This document shows, piece after piece, positions 63,901 through 64,000 of a DNA stretch of 64,000 nt (position 1 is its first letter; each line of letters begins with the position of its first letter). This stretch comes from an uncultured Gemmatimonadales bacterium. Its GTDB lineage: Bacteria; Gemmatimonadota; Gemmatimonadetes; Gemmatimonadales; GWC2-71-9. The notes below the pieces were generated by a model, which saw only the letters and a list, made by a program, of their open reading frames with translations, searched no databases and was not told where the DNA came from. The DNA is taken from contig CAVYSW010000003.1 in NCBI GenBank assembly GCA_963771275.1, positions 1,632,001 through 1,696,000 on the forward strand, given 5' to 3'. Made by a program: the position numbers and the translations under genes.

Positions 63901-64000
63901 TCGGACAGCCGCCGCCGGGCGGTGGACCTGCGGCTCGACACCGGCTTCTCGCCCCAGGTGCGCGGCGGCGCTAGCTTCAGCTACGTGCTGACGGAGCAGC
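57955..64000 (+). CDS. sprA: SprA/Sov-like giant outer-membrane barrel (T9SS translocon homologue), 3' end beyond the window
   Basis: Reading frame open from GTG 57955 (or 57961) to the window end, over 2000 codons, absent from the ORF track. Signal peptide (AGA-Q); G.VGDRVHVNVDYDSQREF, YEGLEDEILRRVEVGNVTF, LGALQIREGSEKL....LVRGRQYQIDYAVGQV, EYLEFWV, EDLNGDG, ELWVDDIRL. Confidence 0.88.
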   Translation, partial: MNVPRLAPTALLILAPLLAPGSAGAQGAGDSLPRITLRLAVPPLSAPPMAELRPGGVLGLRVPAALVGAAWEAATRRLIAANREARREAPWEPVFPEAEIPKAAPPPPPFALRPPQQEAPPTPGTIEALGRYADLGLQLHARFEMKMDQFRNLRCTAADVINPVSGCRGGFPTPSLDQQFDVRAGGVVGDRVHVNVDYDSQREFSANNDIHVYYEGLEDEILRRVEVGNVTFAGPASRFITAAIPANSFGVQAEAQLGAFEFRSIIAQQKGSQVRTRVYTVGEQTTEPVDRELRDLDFEVGRFFFVVKPSLVPGFPDVDVLALTPDLVPGDVRPQQVRVYRLRAQSAQNPNNPNLGGITAVALRPDGPQRVGPFPWELLVEGRDYYLDATGLWFALGTRVGDQDFLAVSYITASGDTVGTYPAVNGTLDTLELIYEPRRGPDAATYAYEMRNVYRLGSSDLNRTSLALSLVVNESERPLDGRGTYLSRLGIALASDESRLDEFNRVFPRDRDPNQGAPIRDLFLIFPNLRPFGDSTRLATAERNDSLYQTPTYLLASQGPPPRFRLRLHYDAVGGGDRGTLALGALQIREGSEKLYIGNEQLVRGRQYQIDYAVGQVTFINSDSLFRGPTQVRAQFEENQLFDVAPKSILGLSSTYDFGAHGRLNAIVLSQQESSVLTRPQLGFEPQSNFLGGLSTELDFRPDIVTRALNALPLISTSVPSHLTVNGEIAMSRPNPNKAGQAYLEEFEGTAARPLSLIENAWTTGSRPESGRGLAPPYLSPLGGFADADAVPLVWQNAIQIGNQALQFEPRDIDSSIVLTGAARELETVLWLSLKPDTIGGAPDPVTGAPRWYRPHTPGPRWRSIAQSLGGSGLGIDLSRVEYLEFWVLEDADRKAKGDGVTLLFDFGTVFEDAEAFGPDTLRVSGADTAFSGFQFIGRGKLDTERDTLTGVFNATVNDVGVLTDLLPSVVNGATGETLTNLPLCEATPGTGLPVFPLGDLGARCTRRNGFADGEDLNGDGRLDITVGTVQEDVFRYVFPVGDERFFVRNGNTLVDARGRPLTWRLYRIPFREDTLQIGAPNIRQIQDVRITVVAPDRGPTEQEVFFALARMGFVGAPWIKRAATPIAGISGSLGEPHGEVVASVVTTENADLGYTPPPGVVNQADQQGAGLEFASQQINEKSLRLLARGLRDGERAEAFVRFTDEADKNFLRYGKMRVWARGRGPGWEDRDLEFFIKAGRDEFNFYMYRTPIRSVDWVPEVVIDLQRWLVLRAQIEAAFLRGEPPSGAEQCGGDSTAYVACDGPYVVQVRNPSVGPPNLARVSELAVGILRVRQSVYIDQAELWVDDIRLSDVIDDMGLAGAIDARLQAADVADFALGFTTRDARFQQLGEAPSYITDAALRLGGTFRLDRLIPGGGFSIPFSVQYTRSASDPFYLNRSDVRADVLTGLRRPRSSATSYALAYRRITRGRSLLENLLVDPISVQASLTQGRSTTELTDASTTNRQARIDYSSVPPAATVRAAPGFVVALVNGLPAFIRNSEFASALRNARLRLTPALVRGSVTLTDARTERFAFRVPVALAADSALQPLRGINATLRTDAGIDLRPFPTMSLRGDYSATRDLQDYGDTTTVGRLLKVASSRFLGWNVGFVRTKTMGVGFNVSPALASWFRPRFVFAGRSSFNRDPNNQLPVRLEGDTAGAYRLPESLSNSQHQEFGATVSIGQLAQGVFGDSSFVSRLFRRIQPIDAQLTRDFRSGFDRPTFDASLGYQLGLGGLGAFRAQRGVPATSAGDGRGRTVAGGLQLPLGLNVRLSYRDQQNTSWALRSWEAEQVRFDQRSREWPSGSLSWTYSPRWALRRVISILSANARLTRSFSLTEQPGLAGDEPSRTQNTARAVAPSVSITWIGGITTSMQYSHATSDALNSGNTTRRDQEDWSGAMNFGFRLPRSLIRLRNDIRTTLSVNSSVVTTCLLRGGTTECSPVSDSRRRAVDLRLDTGFSPQVRGGASFSYVLTEQ

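Noticed and set aside
1..64000. rRNA, tRNA, transposases, prophage or anti-phage defence genes
   Set aside because: None recognised by eye; intergenic gaps are mostly short. tRNAscan/Infernal would be needed to exclude small RNAs.

Overview
Very GC-rich bacterial chromosomal window with about 60 genes. The gene repertoire (outer-membrane biogenesis genes, a Ser/Thr kinase-TPR protein, a GWxTD protein, SprA/PorV homologues) suggests a diderm organism, most likely Gemmatimonadota; this is inference. Housekeeping content: infA, a cold-shock protein, tag, several peptidases (M1, two M16, M24, rhomboid), copper/heme-A oxidase assembly genes (SCO, PCuAC, CtaG-like, CtaA), DsbA-VKOR, ccmABCD, an ECF sigma/zinc anti-sigma pair and lptFG. 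Highlights: (1) a type IX secretion (T9SS)-like module, namely an operon of TonB-dependent receptor, 1307-aa protein with a T9SS-like C-terminal sorting domain, PorV-family barrel, GWxTD protein and lipoprotein, plus a >2000-aa SprA-like translocon (absent from the ORF track, runs off the window end) divergent from lptFG; (2) an in-frame fusion of the ribosome-associated Hsp15/S4 protein to an exported M16 (PqqL-like) protease through an internal signal-peptide-like linker; (3) a four-gene metzincin lipoprotein / CxxC protein / receptor kinase / Cys-peptide cassette; (4) a ketosynthase-cyclase-methyltransferase-FAD oxidoreductase-DUF92 cluster behind the ECF sigma pair; (5) an unannotated CcmD-like small ORF and heptamer tandem repeats. 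No rRNA, tRNA, CRISPR array or transposase was recognised. All calls come from reading motifs by eye; no searches were run.
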